From positions 825,454-882,434 of the forward strand of contig BCKZ01000002.1 of the NCBI GenBank assembly GCA_001600815.1: a stretch of 56,981 nt of DNA. Reading direction: 5' to 3'. Made by a program: the position numbers and the translations under genes. This stretch comes from Alloascoidea hylecoeti. Taxonomy: Eukaryota. Below the pieces are notes generated by a model. The model was not told where the DNA came from and did no database searches. It saw only the letters and a program-made list of their open reading frames with translations. Shown in pieces: positions 11,987-24,475 of this stretch. Positions within the stretch are counted from its first letter, which is position 1; each line of letters begins with the position of its first letter.

Positions 11987-12802
11987 ATGGTTATACCTAC
12001 ACTTATGGCAAGACCCAAAATAGTTCAAGACAAATTTGTCTTGTTTGGTGATTCTATCACTGAATTCAGCAGTTCTTATCCTCATGGAATCTTAACACCT
12101 AGATTAACCGATCTTTATATTCGCAAATTAGACATTATTTGCCGAGGATTCTCTGGTTATAATACTGAACAAGCTATATTAATGCTACCTGAGATTCTCA
12201 AAGCAGAAAATAGTGGAGTTGCAAAGATTAAATTAATGACCCTCTTCTTTGGTTCTAATGATGCAGCAGATAAGATACAAGATGTCCCTCTCGATATATT
12301 TGCAAAAAATATGGAATTATTGATTGAAATGATACTAAAGCTCGGAATTAAGCTAATATTAATAACTCCCGGATTGCATGGGATTCAGAAATGGGCATCT
12401 AATAAACCTAAAACAAACGAAAAACGATCCAATAAAACTAATGCAAAATATGCGGATATCATCATTAAATTGGGCGATAAGTTTAACTTACCGGTTGTTC
12501 AATTAATACCTCTATTTGCTTGTGATATAAATTACACTGTCAGAAATGGAGACTGGGTTGGAGAAATAGGAGAAGATATACCTGGAACTGAATTATTATT
12601 AGCAGATGGCATTCATTTTACAGAGAGAGGGTATAATATTTTACTTTCAGGTGTCCTGAGCGCCATTGAAACCCATTATCCCGAATATTCTCATCATAAT
12701 ATGAATCGGGTTTTGAATTATTGGCAAGAGCTTGATAGAAATAATTTAGAAGAGACTATGTTTGTATCTGCTCCTCCTAATGAAATCAAGGCTAATTCAT
12801 GA
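11987..12802 (+). CDS. IAH1: SGNH/GDSL esterase, isoamyl-acetate hydrolase type
   Basis: SGNH blocks FGDSITE, RGFSGYNT, FFGSNDA and DGIHF (catalytic S, D, H). Confidence 0.9.
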   Translation: MVIPTLMARPKIVQDKFVLFGDSITEFSSSYPHGILTPRLTDLYIRKLDIICRGFSGYNTEQAILMLPEILKAENSGVAKIKLMTLFFGSNDAADKIQDVPLDIFAKNMELLIEMILKLGIKLILITPGLHGIQKWASNKPKTNEKRSNKTNAKYADIIIKLGDKFNLPVVQLIPLFACDINYTVRNGDWVGEIGEDIPGTELLLADGIHFTERGYNILLSGVLSAIETHYPEYSHHNMNRVLNYWQELDRNNLEETMFVSAPPNEIKANS

Positions 12803-13527
12803 TATGTATTTAAGTAGAATTTTACATATAGATATAAATACATATTGTTACATCTTTCGAATTTTATTGCTCAAGAGCCAAGACATTCTCCGAAAATAGT
12901 ATATCTCTCTTTAATTTTGTTTCAAAATTTTACCACTAAAATCTCTCTCAACTCAATCTTTCTTATTTCCAAAAATAATGAATTAAATAAATATGTTTAA
13001 ATCAACTACTTCTCCTAATAGATTCTCCTGTAAACTTTCCACGCGTTCCTTTTTCTTTAATTAAAAGTTAGAGAGTTTATTTTAGCCTGTGATCGTGTAT
13101 CACTAAAAACATATTTCAACATCGGATTAAACGACCAAATTCCAGTTTTCTCGAACTCTGATATGATATCTGAATACTTCAATCCTTTACTCCTTGATTA
13201 GTATCATCGCAGGCACAAATCATTTTTTGGCGGGCGATTCTGGTACGTACATTTTTCTTGGGGGTAACCGACACGTATGTTATATAGCTGTTTATTATGA
13301 CAATATTCATGGCTTTTTTCAATTTGAATATCAACCATTCAGCAGTAAAAATTAAGTTTCTGTAATCCATTGTTAATAATATCACTTTAATTTATCGATA
13401 GCCCTGGCAATAAACTCTTAGTTTGCAATTGCAATCGTCGTTACACAGCTACTTAAATAGATTTAAGTTCAAATATGAAAGTTTGTAAATATTTATAAAG
13501 TATTGATTGTATAGTTATTCAGCATTA

Positions 13528-14268
13528 TTATGCCATAATCTCAACTTTTATCCTGTTAATTTGATAATGATCAACAATTTCAAAATACATATCTGATCTA
13601 TCATCGATTAAATTATTCTTACGAAGAAATCCAACTACTTCTTTTGAAATTGATGTATTTTTAGTCACAGAATCAATACCATCATTAACTATTTCTAAGT
13701 CGTGAAGTGATGATTCCTTATCGATAGTGATTGAATGTGAGTAATTAGATGGTTTAGAAACCAATTTTAATCCTGGTTCTAAAATATCTTCCCAATCATT
13801 GAGAAATAAATGTGGAAAATTTTCGACCACTTCAAAGGCGGTTTTAATCCCCTTCAACTCGATTAAATCATTTAAAAGTAATAAGAAATTAGATTCGTAA
13901 TCAGTATTATTAAAAACAGTATGAATATTTCTTTTCTTTGAGCCAATATACATAATTTTTAATAAATGAATTGTTTCTTTAGTAGATTCGAAATGTCTAC
14001 GACTGATAATAGGATAATGAGAATCCAGTGTACAAGTAAATGCATATAATTCATAACCAGATTTACCGAAGATATTGTTAATGGGAAGATTGGAAACAAT
14101 AGTGAATGGCTTGTCAAAAAAAGCTAAAGCCATGGAGAATGATTCGGCATGAACATCGGGATATTTATGAATAATGGTAAATGGTTTGGCATAAACATTG
14201 GGGTATTTAAGAGTCATGGTGAATGGTTTAGCCTTAATGTTTGGGAAATTAGAAGTCATGATAAACAT
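13528..14268 (-). CDS. Hypothetical ~246-aa orphan protein with N-terminal 14-aa repeats
   Basis: The ORF-track start at 14373 is TTG; the first in-frame ATGs are at 14268 and 14259. Repeats FPNIKAKPFTMTLK / YPNVYAKPFTIIHK / YPDVHAESFSMALA / FFDKPFTIVSNLP. Confidence 0.6.
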   Translation of the reverse strand: MFIMTSNFPNIKAKPFTMTLKYPNVYAKPFTIIHKYPDVHAESFSMALAFFDKPFTIVSNLPINNIFGKSGYELYAFTCTLDSHYPIISRRHFESTKETIHLLKIMYIGSKKRNIHTVFNNTDYESNFLLLLNDLIELKGIKTAFEVVENFPHLFLNDWEDILEPGLKLVSKPSNYSHSITIDKESSLHDLEIVNDGIDSVTKNTSISKEVVGFLRKNNLIDDRSDMYFEIVDHYQINRIKVEIMA

Positions 14269-15319
14269 TGATATTGATCGATATGTTTTTATAATTTGAG
14301 AAATGGTATTAATACTATAGATTTTTTTATAAGACAAGCTTCGGTTGAATATGGCAAGATAGAAAAAATACAAAGAGAGGAGAAAACAAGAGAAACCTCT
14401 TCTTTTATTTGACTAACCAATGGCAGTCCGAATAAGAAATAGGGTCCTATATTTTTGTTATCTGAAAAAAACTACCTGTTTTGATCACGACGTCTAAATA
14501 AGGAATACCAGAGGAAATATTTTCACTAATTGGAATGTCTTCAAATTTGAAATAAAATATAGTGATTATTTTATTAATAATCTCAGTTTTATGAAATGAT
14601 TCTATAGATGGTGGGATTGATGTTTGTGTTGCAACTGAACGGCTGAGATATGCATGCATCAAACTGCAATAGGCAATTAAACATGTACGAAATTACTAAT
14701 ACAGAAAATTCAATATTGTGCTCCTCAAAAAATAGATATGCCTTTACAATGAATCAACAAATTTCCTATACAAAACGTTTGCAACTAATACTTATACGAG
14801 AGACCAGGGTTTGACAGAACTGGAATACAGGTATGAGTCAACTTTAGGACTGAATTTCATGTTGTTTTATAAATTATAGTGTAGTAAGTGAGTAGGAATA
14901 ATTCTTCAATTATCATCACCTATCTTCATCAGCCATTTTAGAGCTGGAATTGAGACACCATTCAACTGGTATTCCTGTAATAATATATCATTGTTAGTGA
15001 CTCCTCAACAACGAAACTTTGAGATGGAATTCTGATGGGATTAATTAATACTGTAAATCAGGGAAACTTCCCAAATGTCTATTTTAGTATAAGGCTCACT
15101 CATCTAAATATCTATAAAATATCATTATAATTAGAGGCATTATATAAGATAAAAATTAATTAAGGGGTTAAATAGAATTACTAGATACATGATATAATTA
15201 GTATTAATGCTATAATAATGAATAATTTTGAGCAAAACAACTCTCTATTTTCTGAAAATGAGTTGGGACCAGAAATAAAAATAAGAAAATTTCTACTAGT
15301 TGCTCGCCATTCGTGAGAG

Positions 15320-18300
15320 TTATATTTCTGCCTCTGCTTTGTCGTCTTTCGAGGTATCTATCAACTGCCCATTAGGTTTTTCTTCAGAATTACCGTGATC
15401 TTTATCAATCTCCAAATCATTTTTAGGTTGATTTTTTATTTCGCGTTCCGGCATTTTTGTTGACCCTTCGTTATCTAGGGCATTAGAGCCTACGTTACTT
15501 TTTTCATCTTTTGAGTTGCCTAAGGTCTTTCCTAACGTTAGTTGTTCATTAGATTGGTCAGATTCTTTTACGAGGGAATCTTTTATTTCTGCTTTCTGTT
15601 CGGTTTGTTCATTTTTATCTTCGATTATCGATAGTTTCTTATCAGCCTTGATTTGTTTTTCATTTTCCGTTTCATCATCTTCCTTATCATTTTCCTTTAC
15701 ATCTTCTTTCGCATCTTCCTTTGGTTCTTCTTTTTCATCTTCCTTTGGTTCTTCTTCTTTCACTGGTTCTGGTTCCTCGACAGGCATTGCATTCATATTT
15801 TCCCATAAGACCTCAGGGGTATTTCCAGAACCTTGAATGGAACTCAAAGTATCTTTGAAATAATTTATATCAGATAACACGCTAATAAGATTAGTTAGAT
15901 ATATATTTAGCAGTAAAAATCTTCAATTTCACATACCTATCTTTTTCAATTTGAGATTTGAATACGATTCTCGTGTAATAATCTAAAAGTGACCGTTTGT
16001 AGTTTTCGAATACTTTGGTTAAGATCATCTAAAAAATATATTGTTAGAATTCACCAACTTCAATGATTATAAAATAAATCAACATACTAAAGCCTGAGGT
16101 TCTGATAAATATTTTCCAAGTACTTTTGATAACGTAGAAGTTTCTTTTGCTAAAGCTTCCATATATTGATGACATTGTTTACCTTCTGGTAATGGCGCAC
16201 TCCAATCAATTTTTGAAATATCAACACAATGTGCCTTTATCCTATCACCCATAATATTTATAAGTTTTGAATAAATTTCATTTTGATGATCTTGATATAA
16301 TCGACGCGTTTTGTCAAATTCAGCAAGAGCAGATTTACGAATATCTCTCTCTGGTTCATTACTACCACCATAATGTCTTCTATAACATTCTCTTACATGT
16401 GGAATTAGATTGATTATTAAATCTAATGATTGTGATGAAACTGCCAAATGTCGAGCAGTGATATGTTTTAATCCAGCATATTGAGTAGCTTGGGCTCCAA
16501 GAACAAGATCATGAACTCTAGAATTAAAACTCCGCAGTATTTCTAAAAGCAAACTAATAATACTGTCAGCAGATTGTGTGAAAGTGATAGTTAATATAAG
16601 ATATTGTCTGATGAGACCTATCAATTCAGCAGTTGTGGAGGAGATGGCACATGTTTGGAATTCGTTGACATTAATTCTTTTACCAATCACATTATCTTTA
16701 TCTTCAGAATTATTTGAACTACCACCTGTTTTCATACCACTTAGATAAGAGCGACCTGTCCATTTTTCAGGATCTTGAATTGAAGATTGAACAATTTCAT
16801 CTACAGTATCTTGTAATAATTGTGTAATATTAACATCTCTCCATTGATCTTTTTCAACTCTAATCATAAAATATTTCATATTATTTAAATGAAATTGATT
16901 AGGATATTGTTTCATATGGCCTATCAAAACATTATGTAAATCATTACCCATTGTACCTGAAATGGCTTCACATTCAGATAAAAATAATCCAGTCATGAAA
17001 TAAAAACGCATAAAAAATTCAAATGGTAAGGAAAAATTTTGATCTTTTCTAGTATTAATAACTTTAGACATTCTTCTTTGAGTTGCTGATATTCCCTTAT
17101 TAATTGTTAATCTAATATCAACATGAACTATATCAAAATCATCATCTTGATTTGGTCTATTTGCATTTGCTTCAGCAGCTGTAAGAGCCAAATCTAAAAG
17201 TAATCTTTGTTGAATTGATAAACGTCTAAAAGTTTCTGAAAGTTTTGTATAAATAAAAATTAACATATCTTCAAATTCTCTAGGGGTTTGAGCTTTAAGC
17301 AAATTCGCCAAATCTGTTGTTCTGTCAACAGTAGACCTATTTGAGCCGGATGATATCCCTGAATTCATTGAAGTTGCATCATCAATAGGTAAACCAACTT
17401 TAGTTAAACCTTTTACTTCTTTTAAAATAAGAGCTTCATATGATTTAAAACCTGTCATTATTTCCTGACATTTGTATAGAGCGTCCAACAATTCAAGTAA
17501 CTCTTCACGAAAAGACTTTGTAACATTTTGAAATGAATTATTCACGGGTTCATCTTTCCTAGCAGATGGTGCTTCCAATATACGTGCCATTCTTTTAATG
17601 GTATCAGTTTCTGGAATTAAATTATAATGATCTCTTAAATCCTTTAATAATCGATCATTAAAAACAGTCATATAATTACCACCAACATCATTTCTAGAAA
17701 CACGTAATTGTTCACGTAAAACTGTTAATGCTTTAGCAGATCTTAAATCAGAAACAGGTGTTGGCCAATCTTTTGTTATTTGTTTAACAAAATTATTACT
17801 TAAATCACCAGATATTAAAGCTTCAACAGAATCAATTTGTTTCAAACAATTTTTTAATTTTTTTTCGTTAAAAAAAACATTTATCTTTTTAGATTCATTT
17901 AAAATTATATCAATTTGAACTAAAACTTGTTCCATTTTTTCAACTTTTGAACGTTTTTTAATTAATTTTAACATTTCAATTCCTTTTGTTGCTTGTAATC
18001 TATCAACATCTTCTAAAAAAAATTTAAATCTATCAAGTTTTTCAATACATTTATAAGCATTTGTATCAATTGCATGTAAATCACTTAAAGCAGAAAAGAA
18101 TGAATCTGAAGCATTTGAAATTTCATTAACAAGGTGAATTTCAACCGTATCTAAATACCATGATAGTTTTTCTTGTAAAATTGTATTATTTGCAAGTACT
18201 TTACGAGATGAAGAAGGACTTGTTGGTGATAATAATCCATCAGGAGGAATTCCAAGACCATCGGGTACGGAATAACCAGGGGAACTAAGTGTTGATATAT

Positions 18301-19180
18301 TTGGGGTGTTATTATTTGATTGCCGAACAATATCAGCCCTTTCACTAACAATATCAAAAGTTCTTGGATTATCTAAACTGAATGGTTCTTCAAAGAAAAC
18401 AGAAGGGACATTATCCAAAGAAGGTATTGAAGTTTGTAAAGAAGATAAAGATTTCCAAAGAAGATTGCTTGTAGTTCCTTCACTTATAACCGAGGCTGAA
18501 TCTTTTACACTTGAAGTGTCACTAGAATCATCTCTACTTGAAACAAAAGCACCAGCAGCTTTTTTCATGGCTTGATATTTACTGTATTCATCTGATATAG
18601 AAGATAGATAACCCATAACTTCTGTTTTTTTGACTCTTCGTATTTTAGGTAGTTCTACTGGTGTAATTTCCTTTGTGGTTGGGTTTCGATGATGAACAGA
18701 GGAAGAAGTAGGTACAGGAGGATTACTTGATACTGAACCTCTTTTTTGTCTAGGACTACTAGAGCTTGCTAGAGAAGAGGAAGTCATAGGAGACATTTGT
18801 GGAGATCTAAAAGGGTCATTTTGATTATCTCCGTTCAAGATTTGAAATATGGGATTAGGACCAAGAGGAGAAAACGGTGTAGTTTGCAATGTATTAAGAC
18901 CAAAGGAATAATTACTTCCTTCATCAAGGCTTGGCCGTAAAGAATAAGAATAAGAAGATTTTGAATTGAGGCTTGAAGCTCTTTTGTGACCGAATTTTGG
19001 GATGGTTGTAGAATCCGCTATTATGGAGCTGGCATATTCGGCAGTGGTGGAAGTTCCAACAGTTGAGGAAGAACCGACCTCGGAAGGCAATTTATAGAAA
19101 CCGCCTGGTCCATTTTTGTCCCCGTCTCTGTCCGTGGCCTGATCCAAGGAGATACGCAGTTTTTTGTTGGTGTAGGCCAT
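15320..19180 (-). CDS. VPS54: GARP complex subunit Vps54 (~1248 aa, 3 exons)
   Basis: Motifs FSLDNPRTFDIVSE, LQEKLSWYLDTVEIHLVNEIS, LVLGAQATQYAGLKHITARHLA. Exons 19180-16088, 16028-15937 and 15881-15320 are joined in frame by GTATGT...CTAAC...AG introns of 59 and 55 nt. Confidence 0.93.
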
Positions 19181-20189
19181 TTGTGCCGACAGGAGAGGAG
19201 GTTAAGTTCAAGTTGAATTGGTGTATGAAATGTGGTGGTGAACTAAACACCCATCAAACTTATTACACAAACATCAATATCGGAATATAACTTATATCTT
19301 TGACTTTAAAGGTTGTTATTGATTTTTAAATGTTATATTACTATAAAGCAAAATATCATATTTATATTATATAGTGGTAAAGAACTACACTTTCATATAT
19401 TAAAAACTACATGATATTCATGGTCATACTAGTATTCTATCTTTGATTTGATATCTAGACAATTCAATTCAAATAACAACTGATTAAGTAATATTCACAA
19501 GAAACGATATATAGAATATAATATTATTTATTATCATCATGGAACAAGTTATGCCTAAAAATGAAAATATACAAAAGTAAAAAAAAAATTGAAAACAAAG
19601 AATAAAAAAAACCAAAAAAATAATAATAATAATAATAAGCATTCTATTCATTTTTAAAAGAAAATCCAATTATGAATTATATTATCAAAGACTTCTCTTT
19701 TCTTAGAAAGATGTCATAACATGAAATTTTTCCATTGATGGGGGTAGGGACAAGGAATAACTGCAAAAAGGGGACAAAAAGGGGACAAAAAGACAAAAAA
19801 AAACAAGGCATTATCTTAATTATAAGCAAAAATATTATGTACCCCAGTAAATCATTAATTAGAAGAATTTTCTTTTTAATAAATTTTAAGATCTTCTGTT
19901 GTAATTGAAAGTGAGTTTTAGCTTGGAGCTGTGAACAAATATAAAAAAAATGTAATTAAGTCATAAAAAATTTAGTAAATGATTGAGATGATTATGCGTA
20001 TAAAGGCTAAAACTTTTAGTATTTTTCTTTTTTAATCATCAACAAACTATTTTGAGAAAGAGTTAAAAAAAATTCTATAGATTATAAAAAAAATGATATA
20101 AATATAAAATGTGAATTGTGGAAATAAAAAAATGAATGAATAAGTACAAAAAAAAAAGGAAAATAAACATAACATAATCTTTCTCTTGT

Positions 20190-20278
20190 TTTCATTTCAT
20201 TTCATCTCATCTACTCTAATCTCATTTCATTTCATGATTCGTTGCATTTCGTTTCGTTTCGTTTCATTTCATTCATTC
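20190..20278. repeat. Imperfect pentanucleotide microsatellite (CATTT/CGTTT/CATCT)n just downstream of REG1
   Basis: ttcatttcatttcatctcat ... catttcgtttcgtttcgtttcatttcattc seen directly. Confidence 0.8.
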
Positions 20279-20316
20279 TCCCCTCATCAATAATCAACAA
20301 ATAAAACCAAAAGATA

Positions 20317-22263
20317 TTATTTTTTCCCTTTCCCTTTCTTTTTATCATTATTATTAGTTGAATCATTTGGTATCAAACTATCAATTAAAGGACAATCAAC
20401 AATTTCTAAATCATTAGAAATTCCATTATTAATATTATTTGATATTATTGAATGATTTTTCTTATTATTACTATCATTAAAATTTGAGTAACTATAATTA
20501 TAATTATAAGTACCATTTGGATAAGTTGAATTTTTAGGAGATGAATAAACTGAATTATAATCATAACGATAATCATAACCTCTACTTGTATTTGTATTAT
20601 GACTTAATGCATTTGAAAAATAATCATCATAATTTTCAGAATCATCATTTACATTTTCATTTTCAGAATCATCATTTTCTTCATCATCATCATTTTCAGA
20701 ATCTAATAAATATCTTAGTGTAGTTGCTGGAAGTGGAGCAACAGTTGGAGCTTGTAGATTTTTTGAATTTGATATTAATGGTGCTTCTTGTAATAAAGTA
20801 TCATTATGTTGTAATGTTTGTAATGACTGCAACGGAGCAACTGTTCCATATTTATGTGATGATGAAGTTGAAGGATTCGTAACGTTTAAAAAAAACCCAC
20901 CAGCTTCAGAATCAGAATCAGAATCAGAGTCAGAATTGGAATCCGAGTTTGAATCCGAGTTTGAATCAGAATCTAAAGTTAAAATAGATTTTTTCTTTTT
21001 AATTGCTAAAATTGATGAATTATCAACAATATTGTTAGTTTCATAAATTTGGTTTAAATTTGCTTCATGATGAATTTTAAAATCTTCATCATCAGGGTAA
21101 TGCTCATATTCTAAAGAAATACATTGTTCTACACGATCATTAAAGTGTATATGTCTTGTATTTGTATTTGTATTTGTATTTGAATTTGTATTTGTATTTG
21201 TATTTATTGAATTGATTGAATTTACTGTAGTTTTATCAGGTAAACCTAATATCTCAGCACTTTTTAATAAATACGCAGTAGTATTAGGATATTGATTCAG
21301 CTGTTGTTGTGATTGTCGTTGTTTACACAGTTGAATAGAACTGGAACCTTGTGATAACAAATTTTGAGCACTACCGATTCTACGACGGTACACGTGGTGT
21401 CGTTCATAACTTGATTGGCGTGGAGGAGAGACGTCACCTTTTAAAACGCTGGAGACATTGGATAGTAGACGTTCAGTAGCTGTATGTTTTTTCAGGATTG
21501 GTTTTGTTGGATATGCGATTTGACGATGGAAATATGAAGTATTTGGAGAAGTTGAATTTAAAGAGGTTTGTGAGGGAGCCTTTGAAGCGATTCTAGACCC
21601 AGCTTGAGAATGGACATCCAACAATTCAATAATGGTAGGTTCGTCCAATAAAGGGCCGTATAACCAGGTGACGTCTGAATCTTTCAACCAATTGACGGAT
21701 TCTGGGGAAACAGTAGAAAGATTGAATTTCTGTTTTATCCACAAACGCCATGAAATGTTTTCGAGTCTGGCAGCATCGGTGACTGTTTTTCTGTTGTTAA
21801 CTACGTAACGCCAGGATAGTTGGATTTGTCGTTCGCTCCAGTTGTGACTCAGATAGTCCACCCGTTCATCAGGCTGTTTTGCAGTGAGAAGAGTGTCGTC
21901 CAGAGGTGCAACATCCATATTACTTGTAACTTCCAAAGTATTTGTAACGGAAACAGAATCCTCGCTGGTATCGGAGTCGGAATCTGAATCTGAATCTGAA
22001 TCGGAGGTTTGGACGACCTCAGCATTCGCATTCTTTTGGGGTTTCCATTTTGCAGCGAGTTCCGCCAGCTGGTCTTGGGTGTAGTCGCGGGAGGAGTTTT
22101 CGGTTTGGCCTACAATGAAATCGTCGAGGAGCCCCAGCGAACGGGTACGTTTCAGAGCGAAGGAGTTTCTGTGGAAGGACTCGATATCGTCAGCCTCGGT
22201 GGCCTGGGAGGTTGATGGCCACGAGACGTCCGCAGCAGCAGGCAAAGATGACTTCGGAGGCAT
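20317..22263 (-). CDS. REG1: Reg1-type PP1 (Glc7) regulatory subunit, glucose repression (~648 aa)
   Basis: VDYLSHNW, RLENISWRLW, VSPESVNWLKDSDVTWLYGP and the PP1-docking RHIHFNDRVEQCI motif. The ORF-track start at 22290 is TTG; the first ATG is at 22263. Contains coding microsatellites (SD)n and (NT)n. Confidence 0.9.
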   Translation of the reverse strand: MPPKSSLPAAADVSWPSTSQATEADDIESFHRNSFALKRTRSLGLLDDFIVGQTENSSRDYTQDQLAELAAKWKPQKNANAEVVQTSDSDSDSDSDSDTSEDSVSVTNTLEVTSNMDVAPLDDTLLTAKQPDERVDYLSHNWSERQIQLSWRYVVNNRKTVTDAARLENISWRLWIKQKFNLSTVSPESVNWLKDSDVTWLYGPLLDEPTIIELLDVHSQAGSRIASKAPSQTSLNSTSPNTSYFHRQIAYPTKPILKKHTATERLLSNVSSVLKGDVSPPRQSSYERHHVYRRRIGSAQNLLSQGSSSIQLCKQRQSQQQLNQYPNTTAYLLKSAEILGLPDKTTVNSINSINTNTNTNSNTNTNTNTRHIHFNDRVEQCISLEYEHYPDDEDFKIHHEANLNQIYETNNIVDNSSILAIKKKKSILTLDSDSNSDSNSDSNSDSDSDSDSEAGGFFLNVTNPSTSSSHKYGTVAPLQSLQTLQHNDTLLQEAPLISNSKNLQAPTVAPLPATTLRYLLDSENDDDEENDDSENENVNDDSENYDDYFSNALSHNTNTSRGYDYRYDYNSVYSSPKNSTYPNGTYNYNYSYSNFNDSNNKKNHSIISNNINNGISNDLEIVDCPLIDSLIPNDSTNNNDKKKGKGKK

Positions 22264-22336
22264 GACAGAATGTTGGAAGGAAAGAGACAAACAATCTGGT
22301 TAAAACTATACAAACACCCACACATTGGCGCACGTT

Positions 22337-22987
22337 TCAGTCCCACGCAACTGCCTCCAAGGCCTCCAATGCACGTCCCACCCCCAGTCGCTCCCCAAAC
22401 TGGTTCCATCCCACGTCCCCGTAGCGCACCACTTCCACCGCAGACTCGAACCCTTCCACGTCCACGTCTTCCCCACCGCCGTCAGGAACCATCACGGCAA
22501 GACACACCCCGTCCCACTGAACCAACTTATCGCCACTCCCGCCCTCCCCCTCCACCTCGTCTTTGTTAAACTGCTGCAGCAGCTCCTCCAGCAACTGTAA
22601 ATAAACCTCCACTTTATCCCTGCCACTCTCATTGAAGGTGAAAATTATCCCTCCTATAACCTCTCTTGCTTCTTTGGCTTCCTCGCTACTAAACGTTTCA
22701 ACCCACTTTTTAAAACTATCAACTAGTGACTCTTCTGTATCTCCTTTCTCTCCAAACTCATCTATCCACAGTACAAGATCTGTTCTGTAATACTTGGTGC
22801 TTAATTCTACTTGATGGATTATTCCAGCGTGACATTCTGGGATACTACTTGGTAATGATCCAAACAGATCTGTATATTTAATGATTAGTGACTAATGATT
22901 AGTAACTGTTTGTAATTAAAACTCACCGTTAATAATCCGTAGCTTTCCTGAATGAGAAGCTCCTACAATCAAGACTCGATTCTTCAT
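22337..22987 (-). CDS. IRC6: Irc6 / alpha-gamma-adaptin-binding p34 homolog (197 aa, 2 exons)
   Basis: Exon 1 22987-22927 (MKNRVLIVGASHSGKLRIIN), 57-nt GTGAGT...ACTAAT...CAG intron at 22926-22870, exon 2 22869-22337 with HAGIIH, STKYY...LWIDE, AKEAREVIGGIIF and NQFGERLGVGRALEALEAVAW. Confidence 0.88.
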
Positions 22988-23217
22988 AATAATGTTAAAG
23001 ATATTCTCAAATTACAAGATTTATGGTGAAAACCAAATTAAACAACCAAACACTTTTACAGATTACAGACTACAATTGAGAAAAAGTATTCATCATACAA
23101 TATCATGTTATTCCGATGTATTACATGAACCCAAAAAACATAAAACTATAATACATAACTCAATAAAACAAAGGGTAATATAGCACTGATAAACCATTAA
23201 ATATTTTATCAATTTAA

Positions 23218-23616
23218 TCACAATTCTTGAGAAGCTTTTCCTTTGGCACTCTTCTTGGGCAACAAATTTTGATGAATATTTGGTAAAACACCACCTTGAG
23301 CAATTGTAACATGTCCCAACAATTTGTTTAATTCTTCATCATTTCTAATGGCTAATTGTAAATGACGTGGAATGATACGTGATTTCTTGTTATCTCTTGC
23401 TGCATTACCTGCTAATTCCAAAATTTCAGCGGCCAAATATTCCAAAACAGCGGTTAAATAAACTGGAGCACCAGCACCAACTCTTTGGGCGTAATTTCCT
23501 TTTCTTAAGAGTCTATGAACACGACCAACTGGGAATGTAAGACCAGCTTTTGATGATCTTGATTGAGATGCTTTTGGGGCTGTAGCAGCTTTTCCTCCTG
23601 ATTTTCCACCGGACAT
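23218..23616 (-). CDS. HTA1: Histone H2A
   Basis: Canonical fungal H2A ([24 protein letters not shown]...) ending in the SQEL gamma-H2A motif. Confidence 0.99.
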   Translation of the reverse strand: MSGGKSGGKAATAPKASQSRSSKAGLTFPVGRVHRLLRKGNYAQRVGAGAPVYLTAVLEYLAAEILELAGNAARDNKKSRIIPRHLQLAIRNDEELNKLLGHVTIAQGGVLPNIHQNLLPKKSAKGKASQEL

Positions 23617-24073
23617 TATTGATTATAGAGTATAAATTAGTTTGAAAGTTGAAGTTAAGAAATTAATAAACTTGTTGTGTTTATATTAAATCAAGAGGGT
23701 AAAAATAAAAGGAAAGATCTCTATCTTTTTATACCCGCGATCTCGGGTGTTTTGTGGTCATTATCCAGGTCCTGGAAAATTAAAAATTCCCTCAATTGCT
23801 CCTAACAAATAAACTCCTGGATAATGGTCAGGGGTTATTGGATGCACATTCTCATAAATACGCCGAGTTGTCAAAATGCAGCACGCAAACTAGCAATGCC
23901 ACGTTGTACACCCCCTGTGTAAGTTCTGGAATGGTCATATCTAAACATCCGTTGGTCTGATTATTAACGAGTATAAATAAACGCGATTTCCCCTGTAATT
24001 AATTTGTTCTTTTCTGTTTGTAACAAAATCTACTTTTACTTTAACTTATTTTTAACACTAAATTATATTAACA
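23617..24073. promoter_or_regulatory. Bidirectional H2A-H2B promoter
   Basis: 457-bp head-to-head gap with a TATA-like element facing each gene (~23727 on -, ~23972 on +) and an 11-bp inverted repeat CATTATCCAGG / CCTGGATAATG. Confidence 0.8.
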
Positions 24074-24475
24074 ATGGCCCCAAAAGCTGAAAAGAAACCT
24101 GCCTCAAAAGCCCCAGCTGAGAAGAAGCCTTCCACCGCCGGAAAGAAGACCGCCGCTCCAGTCGCAGACAAAAAGAAGAGAACCAAGGCCAGAAAGGAAA
24201 CCTATTCTTCTTATATTTACAAGGTACTTAAACAAACACATCCAGATACTGGTATTACAACCAAAGCTATGTCTATTATGAATTCTTTTGTTAATGATAT
24301 TTTTGAACGTGTTGCTACTGAAGCTTCAAAATTGGCTGCATATAATAAGAAATCAACCATTTCTTCAAGAGAAATTCAAACAGCTGTTCGTCTTATTTTA
24401 CCAGGTGAATTGGCAAAACATGCTGTTTCTGAAGGAACAAGAGCTGTTACAAAATATACTTCATCAACCGATTAG
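24074..24475 (+). CDS. HTB1: Histone H2B
   Basis: [14 protein letters not shown]...[22 protein letters not shown]...[13 protein letters not shown]. Confidence 0.99.
   Translation: MAPKAEKKPASKAPAEKKPSTAGKKTAAPVADKKKRTKARKETYSSYIYKVLKQTHPDTGITTKAMSIMNSFVNDIFERVATEASKLAAYNKKSTISSREIQTAVRLILPGELAKHAVSEGTRAVTKYTSSTD

Noticed and set aside
22263..22340. Possible IRC6-REG1 fusion by splicing or read-through
   Set aside because: No consensus donor before the IRC6 stop, and in-frame stops lie upstream of the REG1 ATG.
22152..22600. Several overlapping Pro/Gly-rich ORFs (22270..22569, 22325..22600, 22152..22409)
   Set aside because: Shadow frames of the GC-rich IRC6 3' end and REG1 5' end.
22770..22795. 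ATCTGTTCT resembling part of U2 snRNA
   Set aside because: It lacks the GTGTAGTA branch-pairing sequence and lies inside the IRC6 exon.
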